DNA from: the human T2T-CHM13v2.0 reference genome, Homo sapiens
Direction: 5' to 3' (one strand)
Assembly: GCF_009914755.1 (NCBI RefSeq)
Contig: NC_060944.1
Length of the DNA stretch: 64,000 bases
Shown: positions 1-18,809 of the stretch, piece after piece
Position numbering within the stretch: position 1 is the stretch's first letter
Layout: the number at the start of each line of letters is the position of its first letter
Translations under genes and position numbers: made by a program
The notes under the pieces: generated by a model
Told to the model about the DNA's origin: nothing
Database searches by the model: none
Seen by the model: only the letters and a program-made list of their open reading frames with translations

Positions 1-189
<189 letters not shown>

Positions 190-1775
190 TAGCTGGGATT
201 ACAGGCGTGTGTCACCACGCCCGGCTAATTTTTGTATTTTTAGTAGAGACGGGGTTTCACCATATTGGCCAGGCTGGTCTTGAACTCCTGACCTCAAGAA
301 ATCCGCCCACCTTGGCTTCCCAAAGTGCTGGGATTACAGGTGTGAGTCACTTCTCCTGGCCTGTTCCATCAACTTTTAAAAATCTTCTATCACTATTAAG
401 TTTAATTCTTGATTTTTTTTTCCTTTTTCTCTTCTTGCCCTCCCTGCCCTTTTTTTTTCTGCTTACGTAAAATTCTTGATTTTAAATGATGGTCCACAGC
501 TGCTGTAGTCTGACTTGTGTCCCATAAGGGCTGATGACTCAAACATCAGAATTGTTGTTCAGTTTTAATTTTCAAGATCACTTTTGAGTTTGATTGCTTC
601 CCTGGTTTTTTTTTTTTTTTAAGTTGACAAAATTTTTTCCAAGCTTTGTAATGCTCAGTGTGTGAAGCAAATACACAACCATTTATGAAGTCTTTAATAA
701 CTAATAAAACTGGAATCTACACATTGTCATATAAATTGGAAAATTAGAATATCTTGTTTGTGGAGAGCATTTTCAGGTTATTTGACTTAACAATGATGTT
801 ATGAGACTACATGGAAGAATAATTGGATCTTGAGCTGTTTAAACATGTGCTAAATAGAAAGAAACAAAGCTTCAGAGGACCTCAGGTGACACCTGGTCCT
901 GTCTTCTGATTTTTGACAGATGAGAGTTTTAGGGATTTAGATAATTGGCTTAGTAATTGAATCAGTGAAACAGCTACTCCAGGCTCTTTCTGCTGAATTG
1001 TAAGGGGAAATCAGTGTCTCTTGAAATGTTTGCTGTAAAAAAAAGGAAGACACTATTTTCTGATCAGTTGTACATTTCAAATTCTAAACATTTTTTTGAG
1101 CATTGTTAAACACTGTCAAGCCGTGTGGATGTGAAGGTGAATAAGACAGAATAGTGAATAAGATAGCCTTTGTTGTCACAGGAGTTTGCAAGATTATCTA
1201 ACATTTAGGAAGTGAGACAAATGGGCTTATGCTGTCCCCTGCACCCCAGCAAATGTGTGAAATGTCCCCTTGCTTGTCACTCCACTTCATCGTCCTTCTG
1301 CACGTTTAATGCTGTCCATACATGCTGACTTCCTCCTGCTTCTTTCTGCTAGTCATACCTTTTACCATCTCAGGGTTCCTATATTATTCTGTTCCCTCTG
1401 CCTGAAATACTTCTGAATATTCTTCATCTCCACCCCATCCCCCTTTTTAACCTGATCTACTTCTCCTCTGTCAAATTTCATTTCATCAGAGATTATGTCT
1501 ATATAGCACACCCCTTAACTCTAGTCCCTGCTGTGAAGCTCATAGTTCTGGTTTTTTTCTTTATAGCACTTAGTATATATTATTATGTTTGTTTGTATGA
1601 TAATTACATTACTTTTCTCAATAGACTGTAAGCTCCCTGAGAGCAGAGACTATTTTTCTTTACTGTGTCTCCTGCACTTAGTGTAACCTCAGTAGGTGTT
1701 TGAGTATTAGAACTTTTTTTTGTAAAGCTACGTTGTTGCTATAAATCAGAGTTTAGTTTATGTTTTTTGTTTTAG

Positions 1776-1940
<165 letters not shown>

Positions 1941-2069
1941 TAGTAGAGACATGGTTTCACCATATTGGTCAGGCTGGTCTCGAACTCCTGACCTCAAGTA
2001 ATCTACCAGCCTCAGCCTCCCAAAGTGCTGGGATTACAGGCGTGAGCCACCATGCCCAGCCAGAGTTTA

Positions 2070-2256
2070 GTTTTTTGTAAAGGGTCATATAGTGACCGTT
2101 TTTGGCTTTGTGGGCCACACGATCTCTGTCCCAACCCTGCTAATGCGGCAGGAAAGCAGCCATAGATAGACAATATGTAAAGGAATGGGCATGGTCCTTT
2201 TCCAGTGAAACTTTGTTTACTAAAACGCTAAGCAGGCTATAAGTTTGCTGACTTCT
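2070..2256. mobile_element. MER58A (hAT-Charlie)
   Basis: tgtaaagggtcatatagtg...ggctttgtgggccacac...aaagcagccatagatagacaatatgtaaaggaatggg. Confidence 0.75.
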
Positions 2257-3080
2257 ACTATAAATCATCATCCCCTGATCTTGTTGGACTTGAAAGCCCT
2301 TGTTATGCAATCTTGCAAATCCCCTCTTAGGGTTTTTTGAAAAATGATTTTATTTTTGTATGGTAGATGTTAAAGAGGTGATTTTTAAAAAGTCTGATCT
2401 TAAAGTAATGTAAAATACAATCTTAAATATATTAATTATATATTTTTAGTTTCTCCAGTTTACTAGTAGGCATATGCTTTTGTTAACTTTACATTTGTAT
2501 TTAAGTAAAACATGATTCTTGATATTGATGTTAAAATAAAAAGATTGGTTTGGTTTTGGGATAGATTAAAATGTAGATTGAAATTTTACAATGCGTTTCA
2601 TTTTCAAAAAAGACTATTTTTGCAACCTGATGCTTGAAATACCATATAATATTATTTTGTTCTTAAGTGACAGATGAAGAAACATTCCAGGTTGCTGTTT
2701 GCAGAACTTCTGTGCAAGTAAGGAGTTATTACAATGAAAAGCAAATTCACTATAAGCACCAGTGTTTATTTTTCTTACTTTTTTCTTTTTTTTTTTTTTT
2801 TTCAGACAGTGTTGCTCTGTCACCCAAGCTGGAGTGCAGAGGCATGATCTCAGCTCACTGCAGCCTTCGCCTCCTGGGTTCAAGTGATTCTCCTGCCTCA
2901 GTCTCCTGAGTGGGATTACAGGCTTGTGCCACCTGGCCCAGCTAGGTTTTGTATTTTTAGTAGAGACGGGGTTTCACCATGTTGACCAGGCTGTTCTCGA
3001 ACTCCTGACCTCAAGTGATCTGCCCACCTCAGCCTCCTAAATTGCTGGGGTTACAGGGGTGAGCCACTGCGCCCGGCCTA

Positions 3081-3111
<31 letters not shown>

Positions 3112-3473
3112 CCTTTTCCTTTTTCTTTTCTTTTTTTTTTTTTTTTTTTTTTTGAGATGGAGTTTCGCTTTTGTTGTCCAGGTTGGAGTGCAGTGGAGTG
3201 ATCTCAGCCTCCCAAATTGCTGGGGTTACAGGTGTGAGCCACTGCGCCTGGCTGTTTTTCTTTTTTAACGTTGTTTGAAAGTCTAGAATCATTTTTATGT
3301 GCTAGATGAGAGATTTGATCTGATAAATCAAACTCAGATGTCTGCATCTCAAGTGTATTTGTAGAATTATTTTTCTGTTTTCTATTAATTTAGATTGAAT
3401 GTCAGAGTACCCATTATAGGTATTAAAATGAATATTACATAAGAAAAAATAACAACTTAAAAATGTTCAGAAT

Positions 3474-3815
3474 TGTTTAAATAAAAACTTTAGACAGACA
3501 TTTAGCAGAATTTAGGTGAGCATTAAAGGATTCAGGCAGCATTCAAAACTGGAAGAAGTTCAGAGAGCTCTGCTTTAGAAGCAGGCTTTTATAGGCTGAA
3601 CGCTGTAGCAAAGTAAAGGAATTACTTGATTGGCTGTAGCTAGGCACTTGCCTTATTTGGATATGATCCAGTGGAAAGTCCCTAGTTAGAGGTTTGTTTT
3701 TGATTGGTTAAGCTTAAGTTTCATTTTATGTTTACATTGGGCTTCAGTTTGCTTACTAGGCACTGGAGCCAGCTGTCTCAGCCTAATGGCTGCCCAATTT
3801 AAAAAAAAAAAAACA
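3474..3815 (-). mobile_element. ERV1-class LTR (MER57/MER93-like)
   Basis: tgtttaaataaaaactttagacag..., gattggctgtagct...gccttatttgg, TG...CA ends. Subfamily uncertain. Confidence 0.5.
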
Positions 3816-3999
3816 TTAAAATGGCATGTAGTTGTCATCATCAGAGTAAGAAACCAAAGAAGAGACCGTCATGAATGGGATCATTAGATCATGGACTGAC
3901 ACACATGTTCACTTAATACCCACAAGAGTGTCTTCACACTTTTTTGTCATGGATGGGACTTGTTTTCTGTTTTTTGTTTTGTTTTGTTTTTGATACAGT

Positions 4000-8560
<4,561 letters not shown>

Positions 8561-8584
8561 GAAAGACCCACCTTGTTTTCCTTT

Positions 8585-8835
8585 TTAAATAACAGTATTT
8601 ATCACCTCACATGGTTTGTATGGGTCATAATTCTGAGGTGCCTTAGTTCGATGGTAGTGGCTTGGTGTCTGCTGTCAAGATGGCTTACTTACATTGTAGG
8701 CAATTTGATACCGGCTATTGGCAAGATGTCTCAGTCTCTCCCCATGTGGAAGGCTCTTAGGACTGCTTGAGTGTCTTCACAACATGGTAGCTGGCTTCCT
8801 TGAGAACAAGTGATCCAAGACAGCCAGCAGCATCT
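8585..8835. mobile_element. Old MaLR (MLT1F/H-like) LTR fragment
   Basis: caagatggcttacttacat..., tctccccatgtgg..., gagtgtcttcacaacatggtagctggcttcc. Confidence 0.55.
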
Positions 8836-9351
8836 TTGGATTCATTTTCTTGTCAGCAGTGGGGTGTAGTGCTCTAGCTGTGAATTCAGACAACCTGATG
8901 CTGACACTAGCTATGTGGCATTAACTTGTTTGAACATTACTTTCCTTAGCTATAACTTTGAGACAATAATACCTACCTTATAGGCCCTTTAACATAGGAC
9001 CTTTGTAGCAATGCAGGGAACTAGAATAGTCTCTGACACTTAGTGAGTACACATGACAAACACTGAACCTGCTGGTGTTACTATTATTACCACCATCACT
9101 GGTATGAAATGAAGCCCTAAAACCTAGTAATTAAGTTGCCCTTGACAGAAATAGCCTTCCTTCCTATTTGTCAAAAATTGCCATGACAGAAATATTGTTT
9201 ACAGATTGCAGATATATCCCAAGTATGGTAGAAGGTTAAGGGTTAGAGAATTATAACCACACCTGTTTGACTATATATATATATATGCAGGGGATCTTTC
9301 ATGCCGAATCTGTATTCATGTAGATTTTAGTATAGGATATGTGTCATGTAA

Positions 9352-9642
<291 letters not shown>

Positions 9643-9746
9643 TGATCCGCTTGCCTCGGCCTCCAAAAGTGCTGGGATTACTGGTGTGAGCCACAGTGCC
9701 TGGCCTTTCTTTTTCTTTTCTTTTTTAAAGATGGGGTCTCACTGTG

Positions 9747-9867
9747 TTGCCCAGGCTGATCTCAAACGCCTGAGCTCAAGCGACCTGACCACCTTGGCCT
9801 CCCAAAATTGCCCAGGCTGATCTCAAACGCCTGAGCTCAAGCGACCTGACCACCTTGGCCTCCCAAA
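9747..9867. repeat. Perfect 60-bp tandem duplication inside a FLAM/Alu monomer
   Basis: 9747-9806 is identical to 9808-9867, with one A between them. Confidence 0.95.
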
Positions 9868-10739
9868 GTGTTGGGATTACAGGTGTGAGTCACTGCACCT
9901 GGCTACCACCACCCACAATCTTTTAACTTTTTATTTTAAAATGTAGATTCACAGGAAGTTATAATGAAAAATGTACAGGGAGGTCCGTTGGACCCTTCAC
10001 TCAATTTGCCCCAGTGGTACCATTTTGTGTAACTATAGTATGGTATCAGTTGTCAACCTTCGATTTTTATTTAGCAGAAATTGACTGAGCAGCTATTATA
10101 TGCTAGCTCTTTGAGGTATAAAGGATTAAACTCTGACCTTATGGGTTTCTGTCATCTCTCTGGATTTTCATTGTTATTGTTCTTAAAATATTTTTTATTT
10201 TGGCGACTCATTGTTGACACTTATATTAGCAGTTATTTTAATGTTAAATATTATGTTATTTCTGACATTTATATTTGCTCTGTTTTAAAACAATTTTGCA
10301 TTGTGTCCCCATCTTCCATTTATAATCTTTACAGCATCAGAACCATGTTGCCTGCATTGTCTTATTTTAATCACGTGCCAGTTTTGCAGTGCTACCAAGT
10401 CTGGATCTGAGAGGCAGCTTGTGTGAATCATTTACATACATTTCTGTTTATATTCCCCAAATTAATTTGCAACTTTATATTTTTCATCCAATTATATGTT
10501 CAAAACATATTTTTAATAATTGATTTTAAGAAGGAATTTGTTATATTAGGATTTAAAAACTGGCTCAAAAAACAGAAGCTATTAAACAATAGCAGAAACC
10601 AGACAGTATATAGGACTTTAAATGGTAATTGCTAAACATTTGAATGTTCCCAAAAATGTGAGTCTGTGTGTCTCTGTGTGTCTCTACGTGTTATTCCACT
10701 AGGGATTTGCACAGATAGGTTTTGCACAATATCCTTGCT

Positions 10740-11204
10740 GTTATTGTCAGCCATAAACAAATTACACGTATTTAACAAGTTAATGTCAGATTGGCCAGGA
10801 GCCACTGGGAGGTGTGTACTTAGTGACATCAGCTGGCAAAGAGCCCTGGTAACAGGGAGGGTTGGAAGGGTAGTGGAGAGAGAGGAAGCAGGAGGGAGGG
10901 AGAAAAAGAGAGAGACTGACTGTATCTGGGGATTCTGGCAAGGTGAAGAGCTGGTCTGTTTGGCAGGACCTTCCCATCTGGGATCCATCTGTGTTTCCCT
11001 GGAATGGGACAGGCAGCTCTAGTCAGTGAGAAATCGCAGATGTGAGAGAGCTGACACATGTCCAGCTAATGAAAGGAGGAGGAAGGCTGGTCTCCGATTG
11101 AGCTTTGAAGATTAGGAGGAGAAAAAGAGGAGCTTTGGAATATCTATTTCAAATAAATTTGGTGTATTTAAGAATCTGGATTGTTTATAATTTGGGCATT
11201 TGGG
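10740..11204 (+). promoter_or_regulatory. CBFA2T2: Candidate internal promoter and non-coding first exon of CBFA2T2 (donor after 11204)
   Basis: Repeat-free unique sequence. Forkhead TAAACA 10754, inverted CCAAT (ATTGG 10790), E-boxes at 10830, 10975, 10986 and 11037, purine-rich leader, strong donor GGG|GTAAGT at 11205. The TSS cannot be fixed from sequence alone. Confidence 0.55.
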
Positions 11205-12766
11205 GTAAGTACATTTTAATATAGTTTTGGGGGTTAAAGTGCACAATTCTCTGCCTTTCAAAGCTTTTTACTTCTTTCAAATTACGATGATATGAATGTT
11301 TCTTGGTATTTGATACAAGAGTTCAGCCTTTCTACTCAGTTTTATTTTAATGCTTCATTTTATTTATGTTTCTATTTTTCTGTTGCCAACCTTATATTTG
11401 AATGTCATGCTTTTTTGAATGCAAGGTTTACTTAATAATTAGATGTAGTATATGAATTCTACAGCTAGAAAAGTAGTCCCACAAATATTTCTGTAAGGTT
11501 TTCCACGTTGGATTGTTCTGTGATGTTTAGAGGGAATTTTTTTCCCCTTTAGTATGCATAATACAAATAGGCCATATTAAAAAGATGGCTCATAAAACGC
11601 TCTTTTCTATTGTCAGATTTTATTTCAGTATATGCAGGCAAATTATAACTAAAAGAGGTTGAAGCAAAACTAACAGCATCTCTTCGTTTTAGATATATCT
11701 AACAGTTTTTCATTTACATTTTGCTCCTATGCTGTTTTCTTCTGTTTTCTTGCTACATATAAAATAAATAACATCAATGAATCTGACTTGAATTGTGAGT
11801 TTGGGGTAGTTTTGTGATGCAATAAATTCATGTGCATATAACTACGTACTGTGTTCTGTAGTCCTGGTTAGTTTGTGATGCCTATTTTAGATTTTTGCTA
11901 TTTCTTATATATAAGAAATAGAGATGGGTCTCACTGTGTTGCCCAGACTAGTCTCTTAAACTTCTAGGCTCAAGTGATCCTTCTGCCTCAGCTTCCCAAA
12001 GTGTTGGGATTGCAGGCATGAGCCACTGCACCTGGCCACTTTTTACTGTTTCCATACATTGTATTCATGTTTTTGAGGCCTTCGAATCTAGGCTTCCTTT
12101 CCATGTTCTATGGAAAGAACATGAGTTTGGGAGTTACACAAACTGTGTACCCATTATTTACTAGTTCTGTAATCTCAAGCAAGCCACTGTTCTCTTTGAA
12201 TCTCTATTTTGTGTAATTCCTGACTGATGTTGTTATTGGGGAAATTTGTCTGGCACATAGAAAGCATACAAGTTGGTTTCAAGAGTTCTAGATGTTCACT
12301 TTTTTTGCTGCGATAGATTCCTAAACCCCTTGCATTTTTAACTTCAGCTCCTGGGCAAGAATGGGTCTGGCCTGTAGTTCTAGTTTTCAGGGCGCCCTTC
12401 CTCTTGCTGTACTCGTCTCAGATTGTCTGCATCTATTCTAAATGTTCTATGCTATATTTGCCAAACTATACCAGAACAGAAGAACTTTGAAAAAGTCAAC
12501 AAGCAGGAGTGAGGTACTGAATTGTACTGCTTTGTGACGACACTGTTGAAATTGTTCCCCCCACTCCGCGACCTCCCGCTGGAAAATTGTTTTTCCCCCG
12601 TGTATTACAAGTCACGCAAAAATTCTACCATTTCTCAAATAGAAACTTTAAAAAATATTTTTATTCCTTAAAGTTCTTCAGCCTTTATTTATATTAATTG
12701 GGTAATTAAGTGGACAGTATAGTACTCTTCAATTTCTTCCTTCAATTTTATAGTCAGATTTCTTGA

Positions 12767-13021
<255 letters not shown>

Positions 13022-13411
13022 TGATCCGCCTGCCTCAGCCTCCCAAAGTGCTGGGATTAAAGGAGTGAGCCACCGCGCCTGGCCCTCTTTTTTTCTTTTC
13101 TCTTTTCTTTTCTTTCTTTTTTTTGGGACATGGTCTCAAACTCTGTTGATCAGGCTAGCATGCAGAAGCATGATCATGGCTCACTACAGCCTTCACTCTT
13201 CCGGACTTCAGTGATCCTCCCACCCTGGCCTCCTGAGTAGCTGGGACCACAGGCACGCACCACCACGCCCAGCTAATTTTGGTAGTTTTTATACAGGTGG
13301 GGTTTTGCCATGTTGCCCAGGCTTGTCTCAAACTCCTGACCTCAAGCAATAGAGCCACCTCGACCTCCCAAAGTGGTGGGATTGCAGGCATGAGCCACCA
13401 CGCTGACTTGA

Positions 13412-13654
<243 letters not shown>

Positions 13655-15926
13655 TAGCCAGGATGGTCTCGATCTCCTGACCTCATGATCTGCCCGCCTT
13701 GGCCTCCCAAAGTGCTGGGATTGTAGGTGTGAGCCACTGCGCCCGGCTCCAAGTTTTCTTTTATACCAAATTGACTAAAATGATTTTGTAAAAATTTGGG
13801 GGCATCTCTTTTGATAGGTGCATTGTTCAACAAGCATCTTTGGGACTTTTCTGAATACTTGAGAGGATATAGTGTTTATACTGAATTCACATGGTACTCC
13901 TTCAGTGAGAAAACACTTTCCATTGTAGCCTAGGAGACATGAGTGGGGAGAAAAGGACTTAATGCTTTTCTGTAGGATAGGGCCTACTATAGAGGGCCTG
14001 AAAAGGGGATTTCATATGACTATGTCCATGCTAGGAATACTTTGGATGCTAGAGTTTCAGGAAACATAATAAATAAGAAAAAATATGCATTTTAGGATGT
14101 GAAGATTCACTCACTGTAAATAAAGTTGGGTGATTAAAAGTCTTGCTAGGACCAGACATTTCAGGAGAGTATTGCTTGCTACTGAGGTTATAACCAAGAT
14201 ACATTTGAGTTGAATACTGGAGAAAATCATGATTCTTTCTGAAGATTATGGAAGCATCATGAGAATCTTACTACTAGGAGGAAATTCTCCTAAATTGGCT
14301 TCCAGTAATGACCCAAGCATATTTTCATAGCGAGGGTCCTTGTTGGACTGGAGGCACATAATGCAATAATGCCAATAAACTGGAGATGAGGATAATGACA
14401 TTTAAGTGGCTTTGCGGGAACATCAAAAAATACATTTGAGTGAACGAATGTATTTAATACACAACTGGAAAAATTCAGTTGGATCCGAAAGATTGGTTGG
14501 GTCAGTTCATTGATGGTTATTCTAAGGCTACTCAGTGCTCATAAGTTCCCAGAGATGACCTATGGACAATATTAGGGTTGGAAAGGATCCTTTGGATAAT
14601 CTAGTCAAACACATTATTTTATAGATAAAATAGGAAAGTTGAGGGAAAGATAATGGGATGGCAAATAGTCTCCCCAGCCCAGAGTTCAATATCCTCCTGG
14701 TTGCTGGCTGAGCTTAGACTAGAATTATGTTGAGTTTCCAGGACACCCATTTTACGAATGTTATTTTGAATTGCCTGTTGTATGTGATAATATGGTAAGG
14801 GATTTTTTTTAAAAGGTGAAATCTCATAGAGGAGATAAAGTGTACAAAAAGTGGCTGGGCGCCAGTAGCTCACACCTGTAATCCCAGCACTTTGGGAGAC
14901 CGAAGTGAGCGGATTACTTGAAGTCAGGAGTTCGAGACAAGCCTGGCCAACGTGGCGAAACCCCATCTCTACTAAAAATACAAAAATTAGCCGGGCGTGG
15001 TGACATGTGCCTGTAATCCCAGCTACTCAGGAGGCTGAGGCAGGAGAATCAATTGAACCTGGGAGGCGGAAGTTGCAGGGAGCTGAGATCATGCCACTGT
15101 ACTCCAGCTTGGGCAACAGAGCAAGACTCAGTCTCAAAAAAAAAAAAAGTACAAAAGTAGTAAGTCCTGAAAATTAGCACCAACTGTAGGAATCAGAGAA
15201 CCTTCCTAAAGGAGGTCGCGTTTGATCAGAATTTAGAAGGACAGGAAGGATTTGGACTTCTCATGTTTGGAAGGAGCATAGTGGCAGGATGGAAAGGTTC
15301 CCTTTCTTCTAGAGCCTTAAATTAAACTTTATTAAATGCATAATTACATAGTATTCATTTCTACCATGTTTTGAAGTATGTCTAGCTGTTGCTGTCTTTC
15401 CAAATCCAAGATCAGTTGTTTACTTCTGAGATACTTACCTTTATGCATGCATAGCCGTCTTTTATATGTGTGATTTATATACCAGGAAGCTGTGATTTAA
15501 AAGATTGCTACCATGATGGACTCTGTGGATTGTTTAATTTTCCCTCCAAGTTCAAGTCAGTAAATAAAGGAATTAGTGGTGGTTGTATCTTGCAGAAAAA
15601 CAACATATTATAACTGGTGTTTGTATTTTCACTGGCTGATGGACTTTCCAAACAGCATTTGACTTTTGAGAACTATATGATGACACAGATTGATACTGGG
15701 GAATTTAAAATGCATATGGATTTAATTTTCCTAAAGCATGCCAAAACCTGAAAAAGCAACTCTTTGTGTTTTGTTTAAAGCAACAGCTCGTGGAAATCCT
15801 GTTATCGTTCAATCCTCAGCAGTTTGTTATAGATGCCTGGCAAGGTGGGATGCAGTTCTGTATATGTATACATATTATCTGCAGTTGTCTCTCGTAGCTG
15901 GAGCTCTGCAGTAAATGGAGTGTGTA

Positions 15927-16549
<623 letters not shown>

Positions 16550-18618
16550 TATTTTCATTTGATTGTGGTAGTTTGGACAGATGGAGAGAAGACGGTGAAA
16601 GATTGTGTGTGGGTTTTGACATTAGGCTGTGTAACCATAAGCTGATTTAACCTTCACCTCTAAGCCTCAGTTTTCTCAGCTGTAAAATGGGAATAAAAAT
16701 GAGTTCTAAGGATTTAATTAGAAAGAAATTAGCATGATACTTCCTGCATCAGCACTCAATAAGATTTCTCTTTCCATGTGATTTTTCCCAGTCCCCCAAA
16801 AACATTGAAGTCACAATAACTAAAAGATTTACTTAAAATGGGAGTCTTGGATATTTTTACTGTCTCACTTGAGACTGACAGGGAACCCAGTTCCCTAACT
16901 AATTCTAAGTCATGGGAGAAGGGTGCGTGTAGAGAATGCTGTAGAGAATGCGGCAGTCTTTAAAAACTCAAACCTGTTGCTGTGTGGCAAGCTGTTAACA
17001 TTTAGGGACCTTGCACCACTTACTCTGCTGGAAGAGCTGGGGGATGGGCTGCTTTGAGGGTGACAGATGTGTCCTCTGCTGCCGGCGGGCGCGTGCCTGC
17101 TCTGTCCCTCTGCTCCCAGCACCAGGTGCAGCCATTGTTCTGGCTGGTCTCTCTTCATCCGGCCTCGTCTGTTACTCTGCTCTTTCTAGCTCATTGTTTC
17201 TGTAGGAAATTAGCATTAAAAACCCATCTGAAACCCCCATGTCCCTCAACTGCAGGTGACTGTTATTGGCCCCAGCTGCCACCCTTGCGCTTGATTACTT
17301 CCATATGGGTCTATGCAAAGAAGTAGTAGCCATTTATTGATTTCCACCACAACCCCAACCTCTATTACTCAAACTATAATACCCTGAAATCTATTAGACC
17401 CCCAGTAGGCTGTATAGCTCAGTTGGCGCTACAACTGTGATGAACATTTTACAAGCAAAACTAATTACACCCTTTTCCCCACCCCCATCACCTCCTCCCT
17501 AAATATTAAATGTAGAAACACCAGAGTGTCATAAGTGGAATAGTAAATCTTTTAAATGTCTGGAAATGAATCTGTTTCTGAGTAGTAAAGCTTTTAGACT
17601 TTGGATGGGATTTTATGGAAAATTTTAGTCACTGCTTTAATATTTCATGCCACACCCATAATATTCAAGCAAATCGTGGCCCAGTGCCCCTAGGGTGGGG
17701 GTAGGGCACACAAAAATTTTCATCACTTGCTTTTTGGTTTGTTAAATTTAATCCAGTGGGCAGTATGTTAGGAAAGGGGCCTAGTTTAAAAGGATAATAT
17801 GTTTTGTGGGAGAAAACAACATGCAGTCATTGTTAAATGCTTTAATTTTGCATTATTTTGTTGTTTGTTCTCTGTGTTTACACAAATAATTGTTCTAGTT
17901 TACTCATTAGAATAAATACCACAATGAGAAGGTCGATGTTTTAGACTTCTTTCTTCCTTCATCAGTAAACAAACTTAAGTGTTCCACTTTGGTTATTGTT
18001 CTAAATCAAGATTGTAATCTCAAACAGGTAATAAGTTCTCAGCTTCAAACTCTAGATAGAATTTCAAGGACAATCCAAAGTTGTTATTGACTCCTGATGA
18101 ATTGTATTGTGACCTTGACAAAGTCACTGCCCTGTCAGTGAAGGGTATTCTGGTAGCCTTTACAAGTCAATAGCCCAGGAAATCAAGGGGGAGGTCATTG
18201 ACTTTTGCCTGTTGAGAGTTTAGCAGTGTAACCCAGTTTTAAAGTAAAATCTTGAGTTTACAGCATTTTAAATTAAATTATTTAATAATTTGGAAAATTT
18301 AAAGTAACAATTTCAATGTTTTAAGCTTAGCTGCATAGAGCTTTTATCATAAGGAACATAGGGCCATTTCTGTTGGAAGAAATGTCTTTTTGGCTTTCTT
18401 TCTTTATATTCTATTTATTTTGGAGTTTAAAAAGGTACTAAAGCCAGGCCCTATGGTGTGTGCCTCTTGTCTCAGGTACTCAGAAGCCTGAGGCAAGAGG
18501 ATTACTTGAGCCCAGTCATTCAAGACAAGCCTGGGCAACATGGCCAGACCTGTAATCCCAGCAGTTTGGGAGGCCAAGGCGGGCGATCACCTGAAGTCAG
18601 GAGTTGGAGACTAGCCTA

Positions 18619-18809
<191 letters not shown>

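Noticed and set aside
13950-14550. Possible decayed coding sequence (one frame gives ...ALREHQKIHL...)
   Set aside because: Multiple stops, no Cys pair for a zinc finger, and no family I can assign. Possibly an ancient repeat; a Dfam or tblastn search would be needed.
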